Source of the DNA: Gammaproteobacteria bacterium
Lineage (GTDB): Bacteria; Pseudomonadota; Gammaproteobacteria; JABABF01
Reading direction: 5' to 3'
DNA length: 64,000 nt
Assembly (NCBI GenBank): GCA_965237805.1
Contig: OZ250153.1
Location: forward strand, 576,001 to 640,000
Part shown: positions 20,502-30,667 of the stretch, one piece after another
How positions within the stretch are numbered: position 1 is the stretch's first letter
Layout: every line of letters starts with the position of its first letter
Position numbers and translations under genes: made by a program
The notes under the pieces: model-generated
What the model saw: the letters and a program-made list of their open reading frames with translations, nothing else
The model's database searches: none
What the model was told of the DNA's origin: nothing

Positions 20502-22009
20502 TCCCCTACCTCCTCCATGCGACGCAGCAGTCGCTGCGCGACAGCGGTGTCGCTGTGCTCGACTGGCCCCTCGGCGAGCCACTGGACAGCCTCGTGCCCC
20601 TTGCCCGCGATCAACACTTGATCGCCAGCATTGCAGGCGCGAATCGCACACTCGATGGCACTGCGCCGATCGGGCTCGACCAAAGCCTCCTGCGGTGCCA
20701 CCATGCCTTCTGTGATCTGCGCCAAAATGACTGCCGAGCTCTCGCCGCGCGGATTGTCATCACTCAGCACCACGCGATCTGCCAGACGCTCTGCCACCGC
20801 CCCCATCAACGGGCGCTTGGTCACATCGCGCTCACCGCCACAACCAAACACACACCACAACCGTCCCCCGTCAGCTCGATCGCGCAGCGCTTCCAATGCC
20901 GATGCCAAACCCTGCGGCGTGTGGGCATAGTCCACCCAGACTCCGATGCCGAGCGCATTCTCCACCCGCTCCATCCGCCCCGGTGGTGGCGGCACCGCCG
21001 CCAGTGCATCGGTGATCTGCCGCACTGACCAGCGATCCTCAGCCACCAGCGCGGCGGCGGCGGCCAATATGTTATGCAGGTTGAGGTGCCCACACAGCGC
21101 GCTTTCAAAGGGTTCTCGCTCATCGCCGATGCACAGCAGGCAGCTGATGCCATCGGGGGTGAGCCGGGGCGATTCGACACGCAGCTCGACCGCGGGTAGC
21201 TCAAGGCTGTAGCGCAACACGCACAGCTCTGGGGCGAGCTGGGGCGACAACTCAGCGCTAAACGGATCATCTGCATTCAGCACCACGGCGCTGAGTCCAG
21301 GATGGGTGAACAGCCGCGCTTTGGCAGCGCGGTAAGCATCCAATGAGCTGTGGTAGTCGAGGTGATCTCGGCTCAGATTGGTCAATACGGCGGTGTGGAT
21401 CTGCACTGCCTCGGCACGACCCTGAGCCAAGGCGTGTGAACTGAGTTCCAATGCGACCGCCGCGATGCCGCCGCGACGTAACCGCTCTAGCAGACGCTGC
21501 AAATTGAAAGGATCTGGTGTCGTCATGCCAATCTCTTCAAGCAGTTCATCGCGACCAGCGATACTGCAACCCAAGGTCCCGATCACCCCACAATTGCCAG
21601 CGAGCCGCGCATGGGCACCAGCATATAGATGGCATACCGAGGTCTTGCCGTCCGTGCCGGTGACGGCAGTGATCGCCAGCTGCGCCGAGGGGGCACCGTA
21701 AAAGCGATCGGCGATGGCACTGAGTCGATGGCGCAGACCAGCCAATCGCAACACCGGTACCGACAGATCGGCGGGCGGCTCGTAGTCCGGATCGGCATCG
21801 ACCAGCACGACCGCGGCACCGCGTCGCACGGCGTCGTCGATGAAATCTCGACCGTCACCGAGGGTGCCCCGCAGCGCGCAAAACAGATCTCCCGGACACA
21901 CGCGCCGACTGTCCAGCGCCAAGCCAGTGACATCAGGATCGCAGTCAGGCAGCTCGCACTCGAGTGGCAACAGGGCGCTGAGCGGCTGCGATTGCGGGGC
22001 AGCGATCAT
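20498..22009 (-). CDS. murE: UDP-MurNAc-dipeptide--meso-DAP ligase
   Basis: TGTDGKTS, TTPD, RDHLDYH, VDYAHTP, DNPR (DAP specificity), AGKGHE. Confidence 0.96.
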   Translation of the reverse strand: MIAAPQSQPLSALLPLECELPDCDPDVTGLALDSRRVCPGDLFCALRGTLGDGRDFIDDAVRRGAAVVLVDADPDYEPPADLSVPVLRLAGLRHRLSAIADRFYGAPSAQLAITAVTGTDGKTSVCHLYAGAHARLAGNCGVIGTLGCSIAGRDELLEEIGMTTPDPFNLQRLLERLRRGGIAAVALELSSHALAQGRAEAVQIHTAVLTNLSRDHLDYHSSLDAYRAAKARLFTHPGLSAVVLNADDPFSAELSPQLAPELCVLRYSLELPAVELRVESPRLTPDGISCLLCIGDEREPFESALCGHLNLHNILAAAAALVAEDRWSVRQITDALAAVPPPPGRMERVENALGIGVWVDYAHTPQGLASALEALRDRADGGRLWCVFGCGGERDVTKRPLMGAVAERLADRVVLSDDNPRGESSAVILAQITEGMVAPQEALVEPDRRSAIECAIRACNAGDQVLIAGKGHEAVQWLAEGPVEHSDTAVAQRLLRRMEEVGE

Positions 22010-23802
22010 CGGACCGTTCGATTGTGCGGCGGAGAAAAGGCCACACGTAACCGGTCGGGAGGCACATTGAGCAGACGCAGGGCAAAATCGGCGACGCGGG
22101 AAAAAACTGGTGCCGACACACTGCCCCCAAAGTGCGTGTCACCACGAGGTTCGTCGACCATCACCACCACCACAATGCGCGGTCGCGAAGCTGGCGCGAG
22201 GCCAGCAAAGAGCGCAATGTGTTGGTTCTCTTGATAGCCGCCACCGCCAATCTTGTGTACCGTGCCAGTCTTGCCCAGCGCACGATAGGCCAGTAGTGCG
22301 GCGCGGTGCCCGGTGCCGCCGGGGGCGACCGCACCCTCAAGCATATCGAGTAGCTGCTGTGCAATGCCACGGTCCATCACCCGTACGCCCTCAGCTGCCC
22401 CCGCCGACCGCCGCTTCTGAAAAGTCACTGGTCGCAACAGGCCGTCACCACCAAACACCGCATAGGCTCGCGCCAGCTGCAAGACGGTAGCCGACATACC
22501 GTGTCCAAAGGCTAGGGTGGCGCGCTCTAAATCGTTCCACTGGTCGCGTCGCGGCAACCGCCCTTCAGGCTCACCGGGGAAACCGCTGCCGGTACCCTGC
22601 CCAAAGCCGACCCGACGCAGCATCTCCGGCAAGCGTCCCGACGGCAGCTCCAACGCCACCCGGCTAATGCCCACTTGGCTGGATCGTGCAATCACGGAGG
22701 ATAGGCTCAAAGTGCCGTAATCGTGCGGATCCGACAGCTCCTTGCCGTTCAGTTCAAGGTGACCAGGGCTGGTGTCTATCAGCGTCTGCGGCGTGTAGAG
22801 ACCGCTTTCCAGAGCCGCTGCAGCCGCGAAAGGCTTGATCGTCGAGCCTGGCTCCAGCAGATCCAACACTGCCCGGTTGCGTTGCGACGCGAGGCTGAGC
22901 ACACGGCGATCATTGGGGTTGTGCGAGGGCTGGTTGGCCACCGCCAACACCTCTCCACTGGGGATGTCGAGCACGACGATCGAACCGGAGATCGCCCCAT
23001 GAGTCGCGATGGCTTCTTTCAGTTCGCGATAGGCCAGATATTGCAAACGCAAGTCAATACTGCTCTGCAGTTGCCGACCGCGCCGCGGCTGCTGCAGGAC
23101 ACGCAAAGGACGAATGACGCTGCCACGACGGTCGCGCAACAATAGCTGATTGCCCGGGCTGCCTTGTAACCAACGGTCATAGGCCAGCTCCATGCCCTCC
23201 AAGCCACGGTCGTCGACATTGGTCAGCCCCACCACGCTGGCACTGACCTCAGCCGAAGGGTAGTAACGCCGATACTCGGGGCGGGTATGCACGCCGGGGA
23301 GCTCCAGCTGCAGCGCTTGAGAAGCCAAGGCCGGCTCGACTTGGCGGCGCAGATACATGAACTGACGCTGACTGTTCTGCGCCAAGGATTTGTCCAGCGC
23401 CGCTGGCAAGATGCCTAAGAGCCGGGCGAGTTCCGCACGCTGCTCGGCACTCGCTGTGGCCAGATCGCTGGGCACCGCATACAGCGAGACCATTGGGATG
23501 CTGACCGCCAACGGCGCGCCGTGGCGGTCGGTAATCTGGCCGCGGTGGGCATCGATGGACTGGCGGTAGACCGTACTCGCCGATCCCCTTTGTTGCAGGA
23601 AGTGGTGGCCGTGCTCGCCCGCCTCACGCACTTGCAGGGAAAAGGCTCCCCAGCCAGCAGCCAGTGGCAACAGCAGCAACACAACAACGCTCAGGCAGAA
23701 GCGCCATGGCGTGCACAACGTTTCGACCGGGGCGGCGATACGGTACGCCGTACTCTGCAAGTGCTGCCTGATCCGCCTTTGCTGCCGTCTCCCCGTCGCC
23801 AT
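22006..23802 (-). CDS. ftsI: Penicillin-binding protein 3 (septal transpeptidase)
   Basis: RGQITDR.G, EPGSTIKP (SxxK), SSQ, GKTGT; position in dcw. Confidence 0.95.
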   Translation of the reverse strand: MATGRRQQRRIRQHLQSTAYRIAAPVETLCTPWRFCLSVVVLLLLPLAAGWGAFSLQVREAGEHGHHFLQQRGSASTVYRQSIDAHRGQITDRHGAPLAVSIPMVSLYAVPSDLATASAEQRAELARLLGILPAALDKSLAQNSQRQFMYLRRQVEPALASQALQLELPGVHTRPEYRRYYPSAEVSASVVGLTNVDDRGLEGMELAYDRWLQGSPGNQLLLRDRRGSVIRPLRVLQQPRRGRQLQSSIDLRLQYLAYRELKEAIATHGAISGSIVVLDIPSGEVLAVANQPSHNPNDRRVLSLASQRNRAVLDLLEPGSTIKPFAAAAALESGLYTPQTLIDTSPGHLELNGKELSDPHDYGTLSLSSVIARSSQVGISRVALELPSGRLPEMLRRVGFGQGTGSGFPGEPEGRLPRRDQWNDLERATLAFGHGMSATVLQLARAYAVFGGDGLLRPVTFQKRRSAGAAEGVRVMDRGIAQQLLDMLEGAVAPGGTGHRAALLAYRALGKTGTVHKIGGGGYQENQHIALFAGLAPASRPRIVVVVMVDEPRGDTHFGGSVSAPVFSRVADFALRLLNVPPDRLRVAFSPPHNRTVR

Positions 23803-23823
23803 AGCTAGCTCCCTCAACCCACC

Positions 23824-24156
23824 TCAGGGGCCAACTCGCACCAAGACGATGTCTCGCTGATTCGGTTGCTCCATACCCAATGCACTACGGGCAATGTGAT
23901 CGATGCGTGCATGGGCATACCAAGCGCTTTTCTCCAGCTGCAACGCACGCCAAGACCATTGCAGGTCGCGCGCCAGCTGTTGTTCATGGCGCAATTCGCG
24001 ATAGAGCAGGCGGCTGTTGTGGGTGCTGTGCACCACCCCAAGCGCCACGATCAAGCTCAGCACGAGCAACAGCGCGATGATGCCGAGCTCCAGCGATTCC
24101 TCGCGTACGCGCACAACAGGTACCGCCACACAGCGCTCCACAGTGGCGCTAGTCAT
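23824..24156 (-). CDS. ftsL: Cell division protein FtsL
   Basis: Single TM followed by a coiled coil, W..LQLE...RI..IA...LGM..P; between rsmH and ftsI. Confidence 0.88.
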   Translation of the reverse strand: MTSATVERCVAVPVVRVREESLELGIIALLLVLSLIVALGVVHSTHNSRLLYRELRHEQQLARDLQWSWRALQLEKSAWYAHARIDHIARSALGMEQPNQRDIVLVRVGP

Positions 24157-25105
24157 ATGGCAAACGTTGCGCGACGCGCATGATGGCACTGCGGGAACGC
24201 GGATTGCGTGCCAATTCCTCAGCGCCGGGGCGCAAGCGTGACAATTGCTGCAGTCGCGGTGCGCGGCGCACCGGTGGTGGCAGGCCGGGCGGCGGTGGCT
24301 CTAGTCCCGCTTCGGCACGTAAAAAATGCTTGACGATACGATCTTCCAACGAGTGAAAGCTCAACACAACTAGACGCCCGCCAGGCTGTAGCAGATCCGG
24401 CAGCTGCTTCAACACTGCTTCCAGCTCCCACAGCTCTTGATTGAGGTGGATGCGCAAAGCTTGAAAAGTGCGTGTGGCCGGGTGGCGCGGTGTATTGCTA
24501 CCGCCGCTAACTCGGGCGACCAGCGCCGCCAACTGCTGGGTGTGACGTAGCGGCTCTCGACGGCCAGCGGCGACAATGGCTGCGGCGATGCGGTGCGCAC
24601 GGCGCTCCTCCCCGTAGCCGCGCAGGACACGGGCGATCTCGCTCTCCTCAGCCTGTGCCAACCAAGCTGCGGCACCGAGCCCAGTCCCCGGATCCATCCG
24701 CATGTCGAGCGGACCGTTATGCTGGAAGCTAAAGCCCCGCTCGGGGGATAGCAGCTGCGCAGATGAGACACCGAGGTCGAGCAAGACACCGGCCATCGGG
24801 GGTGCCCCACGCCGCGCCAAAAGCTCGCCGAGTGCCGAGAAGCGCCCCTGCTCAATAGAGAAACGCGGATCGGCGCTGAGCGTTGCGGCAGCGGCCACTG
24901 CTTCTGGATCCCGGTCCATCGCCAACAGCCGACCGCTGTCCGAGAGCTGGGAGAGGATCGCGCGCGCATGACCACCGCGGCCAAAGGTGGCATCGACATA
25001 GAAGCCGCCAGAGCTCCAGACCAAAGCTGCCACCGCTTCACGTAACAGGACGCTGTGGTGGCTGAGCCCCGCATCACAATGGCTCGTCTGCCCACTCGCC
25101 GTCAT
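24149..25105 (-). CDS. rsmH: 16S rRNA m4C1402 methyltransferase
   Basis: [43 protein letters not shown]. Start uncertain (25105 or 25147). Confidence 0.96.
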   Translation of the reverse strand: MTASGQTSHCDAGLSHHSVLLREAVAALVWSSGGFYVDATFGRGGHARAILSQLSDSGRLLAMDRDPEAVAAAATLSADPRFSIEQGRFSALGELLARRGAPPMAGVLLDLGVSSAQLLSPERGFSFQHNGPLDMRMDPGTGLGAAAWLAQAEESEIARVLRGYGEERRAHRIAAAIVAAGRREPLRHTQQLAALVARVSGGSNTPRHPATRTFQALRIHLNQELWELEAVLKQLPDLLQPGGRLVVLSFHSLEDRIVKHFLRAEAGLEPPPPGLPPPVRRAPRLQQLSRLRPGAEELARNPRSRSAIMRVAQRLPYD

Positions 25106-25595
25106 CACCAGACTCGCTGTACTCGCTTTGCTCACTGCTATCGCCATAGCTCAGCGTCGCGCCAAGACTCTCGGCGACCTCCGGTGGCACATTGTCGAGT
25201 GTGTCCTCCAACAAATCGGTATGCCACAGTTCCAAGTGAGCACCCATGCCTAGCAAGATGCAATCCTCGCGCAGCTCCAGCTTCGCTTGACGGCGCAGCG
25301 GTGGCGGCACAGTGAAACGCCAATTGGAATCCAGCTCGGCGCTAACCGCCTGCATGATGAAGCGGCGGGCCATCAATTGATCGGCGCGCTGAGATGTCAC
25401 ATGGCGGCGAAAATGCGCCCGCTTGCGCTGCCAATCGATACCTTGAAAGAGGCACAGGCAATCCTCGGTGGGGTGTCTGGCGATCGTCAGCACCCTAGAG
25501 CCCTCTGGCGGTACTAGGATGGTCCGCAGATCGACCGGTACGACAAAGCGCCCTTTGGCATCCAAGCGCACAAGTTTGGAGCATTCCAAATCCAC
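25074..25595 (-). CDS. mraZ: Transcriptional regulator MraZ
   Basis: Two AbrB-like repeats (LDAKGR..VP and LDSNWR..VP..LR..A.L), LELW; first gene of dcw. Confidence 0.88.
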   Translation of the reverse strand: MDLECSKLVRLDAKGRFVVPVDLRTILVPPEGSRVLTIARHPTEDCLCLFQGIDWQRKRAHFRRHVTSQRADQLMARRFIMQAVSAELDSNWRFTVPPPLRRQAKLELREDCILLGMGAHLELWHTDLLEDTLDNVPPEVAESLGATLSYGDSSEQSEYSESGDDGEWADEPL

Positions 25596-25644
25596 AGCTT
25601 GAGATTCCCTCGCCGGGCATTAGCAGCGGCCATGCCCATGGTGA

Positions 25645-25680
25645 ACCACATTCTACCACAAAATCCCACTAAATACCACC
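25645..25680 (-). promoter_or_regulatory. dcw promoter with four MraZ-type GTGG boxes at a 10-bp period
   Basis: CCAC on the + strand at 25646, 25656, 25666 and 25676. The - strand reads GGTGGTATTTAGTGGGATTTTGTGGTAGAATGTGG, with TAGAAT as the -10. Confidence 0.8.
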
Positions 25681-25833
25681 TTGTGGAATGCTGGATCAGA
25701 GCTGGGGTACAGCCACCACCAAGAACAGGCAAAATCGCCTATGTCGGCTTGTGGAATAGCCCTTTGGGATCGGGCTGCCATCGCTGCTTGCGGATCGCTG
25801 GCAAGGGGCGCGCAGCGACCGGGCGGTGGGGGA

Positions 25834-26198
25834 CGGAGCCGACCTATAAGCCGGATTCTGTGCATCCAAGCCTAAGCCGGATACGGCAGCCATTCATCTA
25901 GAGCCTGCGTCACCGCAGGCCTCAAGCGACCTACCCGAACCCCATGCACGCGGGCCACGCAGGGGCTCTATTTGGTCTTGCTCCAAGTGGGGTTTGCACT
26001 GCCGCGGTGTGTTGCCACCCGCGCGGTGCGCTCTTACCGCACCTTTTCACCCTTACCCGGCACGAGCCGGGCGGTATGTTTTCTGTTGCACTGTCCGTGG
26101 GCTCGCGCCCCCCAGGAGTTACCTGGCACCCTACCCTGTGGAGCCCGGACTTTCCTCCCGACACCTTCCGGCACCCGGCGGCTGCCCGGTCGACTCCG
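25834..26198 (-). ncRNA. rnpB: RNase P RNA (class A)
   Basis: GAGGAAAGTCCGGGCTCC, AGTGCAACAGAAA, GGTAAGGGTGAAA..GTGCGGTAAGAGCGCAC, ACAGAATCCGGCTTA. P1 ends GGAGTCGACC and GGTCGGCTCC; canonical position between rsmI and mraZ. Confidence 0.97.
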
Positions 26199-26247
26199 CC
26201 ACAGACAGCATAGCGGTGAAAGGTGGCTGAGCGCAAGCGCCGTGCCA

Positions 26248-27090
26248 TCAGCCACGCTTTGAGCGCAAGGACAAGGCCAGCTGGTACAGCTGCCGCCGCG
26301 GGACGCGGCTCAGGCGGGCGGCCAGCGTCACGGCACGCGAAAAAGGCAATTCTGCAAGCAATAATGAGAGTAGCCGACGCGATTCCTCTTCATCTGCCGC
26401 CTGCTCAGACGCTCCCTCGACCAACAGCACTAGCTCGCCCCGGCGTTGTTCGGGGTCGTCTGCTACCCAGTCACGCAATTCGCCCAAGCTGGCCCGGCGA
26501 ACCGTCTCATGGACTTTGCTCAGCTCGCGCGCCAGAGCCGCTCGGCGTTCGCTGCCAAAGACCTCGACTGCAGCCGCCAAGAAGGCGCAGAGACGGTGTG
26601 GTGCCTCGAAAAACACCAACGTGCGCGGCTCGCCAAGCAAGGCTTCGAGACGGTGGCGGCGCGCGGCGGCGCGCGGCGGTAAAAAGCCTTCAAATATGAA
26701 GCGCTGGGTGGGTAGTCCGGCCACGCTGAGTGCAGCCGTCAGGGCACTGGGCCCCGGCACCGCACGCACTGGCACCCCTGCGCCGAGCGCGAGGTCGACC
26801 AAGGCGTAACCGGGATCACTGACCATGGGCGTGCCAGCATCGCTGACCAAAGCCAAAGCCGCCCCCGCACTGAGCCGCTCCGCCAAGCGCCGCACACTGG
26901 CTGGAGGACTGTGTTCATGGCAGGAAGCCAAGGGCGTGGCGATGCCAAAATGGGTCAAAAGACGCTTGGTGTGACGGGTGTCCTCGGCCACCACCAAGTC
27001 GACCTCGCGCAACACTTCCAGTGCACGGGGTATCATGTCGCCTAAATTGCCAATCGGCGTCGCGACAACATATAGACCCGGTCTCTCCAT
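26248..27090 (-). CDS. rsmI: 16S rRNA Cm1402 methyltransferase
   Basis: LYVVATPIGNLGD, AEDTR, SDAGTP..SDPG, FEGFLP, ARELSK..E. GGAGG SD before ATG 27090. Confidence 0.96.
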   Translation of the reverse strand: MERPGLYVVATPIGNLGDMIPRALEVLREVDLVVAEDTRHTKRLLTHFGIATPLASCHEHSPPASVRRLAERLSAGAALALVSDAGTPMVSDPGYALVDLALGAGVPVRAVPGPSALTAALSVAGLPTQRFIFEGFLPPRAAARRHRLEALLGEPRTLVFFEAPHRLCAFLAAAVEVFGSERRAALARELSKVHETVRRASLGELRDWVADDPEQRRGELVLLVEGASEQAADEEESRRLLSLLLAELPFSRAVTLAARLSRVPRRQLYQLALSLRSKRG

Positions 27091-28996
27091 GTCGTCCCTC
27101 CCCGCTCTCTTCAAACACTTGGCAGCTCCCTTGCTGGTAGCGCTCTGTGTCACTGCCTGCGAAGCCACTCTGCTACTGCCTGCCATGCTGGATACGGCAC
27201 TAGAACAAGACAGCGGCGAGATAGAGCAGATACTCTATCTCGCCGCCACCGAACCAGCTCCGTTCAACCATCGCCACCGCATGGAAGCCGCCAGATTGCT
27301 GCACGACGGCGGACAGCCCAAACTAGCGTACCAACTGCTGGCGGACATAGACCATAGCCAACTCAATGACGAAGATTTCTCAATTTTTACTATACAGTAC
27401 GCACAGCTATTACTGGCGTTGGACGAGACCAAGGCGGCACTGGATTTTTTGCACCAGCCTCGGGTTTCCCAGATCTCGCCATGGCAGCCGCAACAAGAAC
27501 GCGCCACAATCTCAATGCTGCGTGGCTACGGGCGGATTATTAACAATCAGGGCATGGCCGCGCTGCGGGATCTGAGCCACGCTGAGGCACTGTTGTCAGG
27601 CCCGGTGCGCACGCCATTGCGCCAAGCCATATGGGAGTTGCTGATACATACCCCGCGAGCGCAATTGCAGCAAGAGCGGGACGGCACGCTGACCACGACT
27701 GATGAGCCGACATTGCGTGGCTGGCTGGAGCTGGCCTTGCTGTGCCGAGACTACGACAGCAGCCCAGCGCAACAGGTCGCCAACCTGAGCCGCTGGCAAC
27801 GACAGTGGTCGGGGCACCCGGCTAGGCTGAGCCTGCCACCAGCGGCACGACTGTTGTTGGCACCACCACAACAAGCTCAACAAATCGCCTTGTTCCTGCC
27901 ACTGAGCGGTCAATTGGCCGAGATCGGTGCCGCCGTGCAAAACGGCGTGCTGGCAGCTTGGTATGCCGATAGATCTGACAATGCGGCAGCACCGATACTG
28001 CAGGTGATCGATACCGGCATTGAAGAAGATCTCATCGCCGCCTATCAGCGCGTCGTCGAAGAGGGCGCAGAGCTGGTGATCGGGCCGCTGGACCGGGATC
28101 GAATCCGTGTCATATTGCAACAAGAACAGCTGTCAATTCCCGTGCTGGCGCTGAATCAAATCAGCACAGACGGGAAACCGACACCGGTGAACAGCTACCA
28201 ATTTGGATTGAGCCCCAACAATGAGCTGCGGCAAATCACCAACATCGCTAGTGCCAGAAAATTGCACCACAGCTTGGTGTTCCGCCCCAAACGGGAATCG
28301 GCGCAGCAGCTGGGCGCAGAGTTTAGCGCGCTGTGGCTCGACAACGCCGAGGACAACCGCCTAGTCGCCGAGGTCGAATACGGCAAAGAGCGCCAGCTAT
28401 CGCGCGATGTAGAACGCTCCCTGTTGCTACACCAGAGTGAGCGGCGTAGCCGGGTATTGCAACAAGTACTGGGCCAGCGCTTCCACAATGAGCCGAGGCG
28501 GCGCCAAGATGTGGACTTCGCCGTACTGCTAGCCCCGCCTTTCACTGGTCGCCTGCTGAAACCATTGCTACAATTCCACCGCGCTGGCACAGTGCCAGTG
28601 TTGGCGCTGTCCCGCATACATGATGGGCAGGACAACCCGGATCGCAACACCGACTTGGATGGCACACAGTTCCCGGAACTGCCCTGGCTATTGGAAGCGA
28701 GCGAGCTGCGTCAATCGGTCGATGTGTTGCTGGCACCACCCGAGTTACAGCGCATGCACGCGCTGGGGAGCAGTGCCTATCGCCTAGCGCAGTGGCTACC
28801 CAGAATGAGCGCAGACCCTCGTCTGCGCCTCTACGGCCCAACGGGTCTATTGCAGCTCAACAGCAACGGCCACATTCAGCGTCACATGATGTGGGCCACC
28901 ATACGCAATGGGCGGGTACATGTGCTGCCCAGCCACGCGGCACTGGCACCACTGCAACGCAGCTTGGACACTATCCGCACACAGAGACAGAGATGA
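27089..28996 (+). CDS. lpoA: Penicillin-binding protein activator LpoA/LppC family lipoprotein
   Basis: Lipobox-like VTAC after a hydrophobic stretch, W...W..HPA, IALFLPLSG, VIGPL, RRQDVD, DLDG..F.E.PW; divergent from rsmI. Confidence 0.88.
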   Translation: MSSLPALFKHLAAPLLVALCVTACEATLLLPAMLDTALEQDSGEIEQILYLAATEPAPFNHRHRMEAARLLHDGGQPKLAYQLLADIDHSQLNDEDFSIFTIQYAQLLLALDETKAALDFLHQPRVSQISPWQPQQERATISMLRGYGRIINNQGMAALRDLSHAEALLSGPVRTPLRQAIWELLIHTPRAQLQQERDGTLTTTDEPTLRGWLELALLCRDYDSSPAQQVANLSRWQRQWSGHPARLSLPPAARLLLAPPQQAQQIALFLPLSGQLAEIGAAVQNGVLAAWYADRSDNAAAPILQVIDTGIEEDLIAAYQRVVEEGAELVIGPLDRDRIRVILQQEQLSIPVLALNQISTDGKPTPVNSYQFGLSPNNELRQITNIASARKLHHSLVFRPKRESAQQLGAEFSALWLDNAEDNRLVAEVEYGKERQLSRDVERSLLLHQSERRSRVLQQVLGQRFHNEPRRRQDVDFAVLLAPPFTGRLLKPLLQFHRAGTVPVLALSRIHDGQDNPDRNTDLDGTQFPELPWLLEASELRQSVDVLLAPPELQRMHALGSSAYRLAQWLPRMSADPRLRLYGPTGLLQLNSNGHIQRHMMWATIRNGRVHVLPSHAALAPLQRSLDTIRTQRQR

Positions 28997-29376
28997 AGCG
29001 AGCTGGGATACCCGCCAGCACACACTCGGTGGCGAGTGGACAGGCCACTGAAACGCAGGCCTTGGCATGGTTGCAGCGGCGCGGGACGCGCTTAATCGCT
29101 CGCAACTACCGCTGCCGTAGCGGAGAGATCGACCTGATCGTTGAAGATGGCACAGTGTTGGCTTTTGTTGAGGTGCGCCGCCGCCGACATCAGCAATTCG
29201 GTGGTGCTGCCGCATCAGTCACCCCGGCCAAACAACGCCGCCTAGCGCAGGCAGCGCAGCACTTCCTCGCCGGTCGCTCCGAGCTACCGCCATGCCGCTT
29301 CGATGTGATCTGCTTTGACGGCGCGCCTCCCGCCAAAATCCGTTGGATCAAAAATGCCTTTATGCTACCCTTGTAA
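28993..29376 (+). CDS. yraN: YraN/UPF0102 family protein
   Basis: G...E..A...L, RNYRCRSGEIDLI, FVEVR, CRFDV, WIKNAF. Confidence 0.92.
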   Translation: MKRAGIPASTHSVASGQATETQALAWLQRRGTRLIARNYRCRSGEIDLIVEDGTVLAFVEVRRRRHQQFGGAAASVTPAKQRRLAQAAQHFLAGRSELPPCRFDVICFDGAPPAKIRWIKNAFMLPL

Positions 29377-29407
29377 ATAAGTAGCCTTAGACCGCATCAC
29401 AGCCTAA

Positions 29408-29992
29408 ATGCAAGCCCCTTGGGTCACTCTGCCCACCATGCTCACTCTCGCACTGCTCTCATCTTGCGCAACAGCCAGATTGGTGACGGGCAACTACTTT
29501 GGCTTGGTCTCAGAAGCAGTGCCAAAGGAGGTGCGTGGACGCGGCCTCAGCGATCTGTTGCAAGAGCACCACACCACCGACCTAATCAAAGATGCTTTGC
29601 GACACCTAGATCCTGCTCTGGAGAAAAATATTAGGGTGCATCTCTATGGCAACACAGCTCTGTTGATAGGCTATGTTGGTACCGCGCAACTGCGGGAACA
29701 GACCACTAAAGTGGTGGCGAATGTCCGCGGGGTACACTTGGTACTCAACGAGCTGCAGACCACCGCTCCAAGCACTGCCAACCGCCTGCAGGACAATCTA
29801 CTCGTCGGCCAAGTTAAAACTAAACTGGCCACCCGAGCCGATATTGATGTTGACCGGGTCAAGGTGGTCGGCCTAGATCGCACCATTTACCTGCTCGGCA
29901 ACTTGCCCACGGCTGTGCGGGATGATATTGGCCAGCTGGCGCAACAGGTGTCGGGCGTGCGCACCATCGTCAACCGGATCTCATCCGACTGA
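29408..29992 (+). CDS. Dual BON-domain lipoprotein (DolP/YraP-like)
   Basis: Lipobox LSSC and two BON-like repeats (LLIG.V...V.GV..V.NEL; IYLLG...VSGVR.IVN); canonical position. Confidence 0.8.
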   Translation: MQAPWVTLPTMLTLALLSSCATARLVTGNYFGLVSEAVPKEVRGRGLSDLLQEHHTTDLIKDALRHLDPALEKNIRVHLYGNTALLIGYVGTAQLREQTTKVVANVRGVHLVLNELQTTAPSTANRLQDNLLVGQVKTKLATRADIDVDRVKVVGLDRTIYLLGNLPTAVRDDIGQLAQQVSGVRTIVNRISSD

Positions 29993-30061
29993 GCCACCAG
30001 CCGGGCACCACCTTGGGCGATAGCAAAAAGAGCATCACGCCCCCCGTCACCAGCACCCCAC

Positions 30062-30664
30062 TCAGCGCATTTCGCGCTCGCCCTCGGTCAGGCTAGCACG
30101 GAAGCTGCGGGTGGCGAACAGACGTTTCATGTACTGTACCATCGGCAGCGTGCGGCGGGTCTGGCGCAACTGCACCTTGAGTGCTGGCAGGCGCCACAAC
30201 AGTGGCCCCAAGCACACATCGACCAAGCTCATCACGTCGTGCATGAACCACTCTTTCTCGTCGTACAGGGGCAACATGGCAGACAAGTTTTCGCGCAACT
30301 CCGTGCGCGCCTTGTCGCGACGCCGGGGCGGCCCGTTGACAATGATGTCCGCCGGATCGCACAGATCCTTTTGGATGCGAAAAATCAACTGGCGCAATTC
30401 GGCTCGTGCCAACGGCATCACTGGCAACAGCTTGGGATAGGGAAAGCGTTCCTCCATATATTCCATCATGGTCATGTGGTCATAGAGCGTGATTTCACGG
30501 CTGACCAAGGTCGGCAACAGATTGTAGGGATTGACATCCAGCAGCTCTTGGGACTGTCGGCGGTGATCGATGGGGATCAGCTCGAAAGACATCGCTTTGA
30601 CGCCCAGCAGGAGGCGAATGCGGTGGCTGTACTGCGAGTTATCAGAGTAGAGACGCATAACCAT
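30062..30664 (-). CDS. sspA: Stringent starvation protein A
   Basis: YSHRIR, NPY..LPTLV.RE..LY, EY..ERFP.P.L.P..P..RA, PLLWRL, F.ASLT..EREMR; downstream of petC. Confidence 0.92.
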   Translation of the reverse strand: MVMRLYSDNSQYSHRIRLLLGVKAMSFELIPIDHRRQSQELLDVNPYNLLPTLVSREITLYDHMTMMEYMEERFPYPKLLPVMPLARAELRQLIFRIQKDLCDPADIIVNGPPRRRDKARTELRENLSAMLPLYDEKEWFMHDVMSLVDVCLGPLLWRLPALKVQLRQTRRTLPMVQYMKRLFATRSFRASLTEGEREMR

Positions 30665-30667
30665 AGA

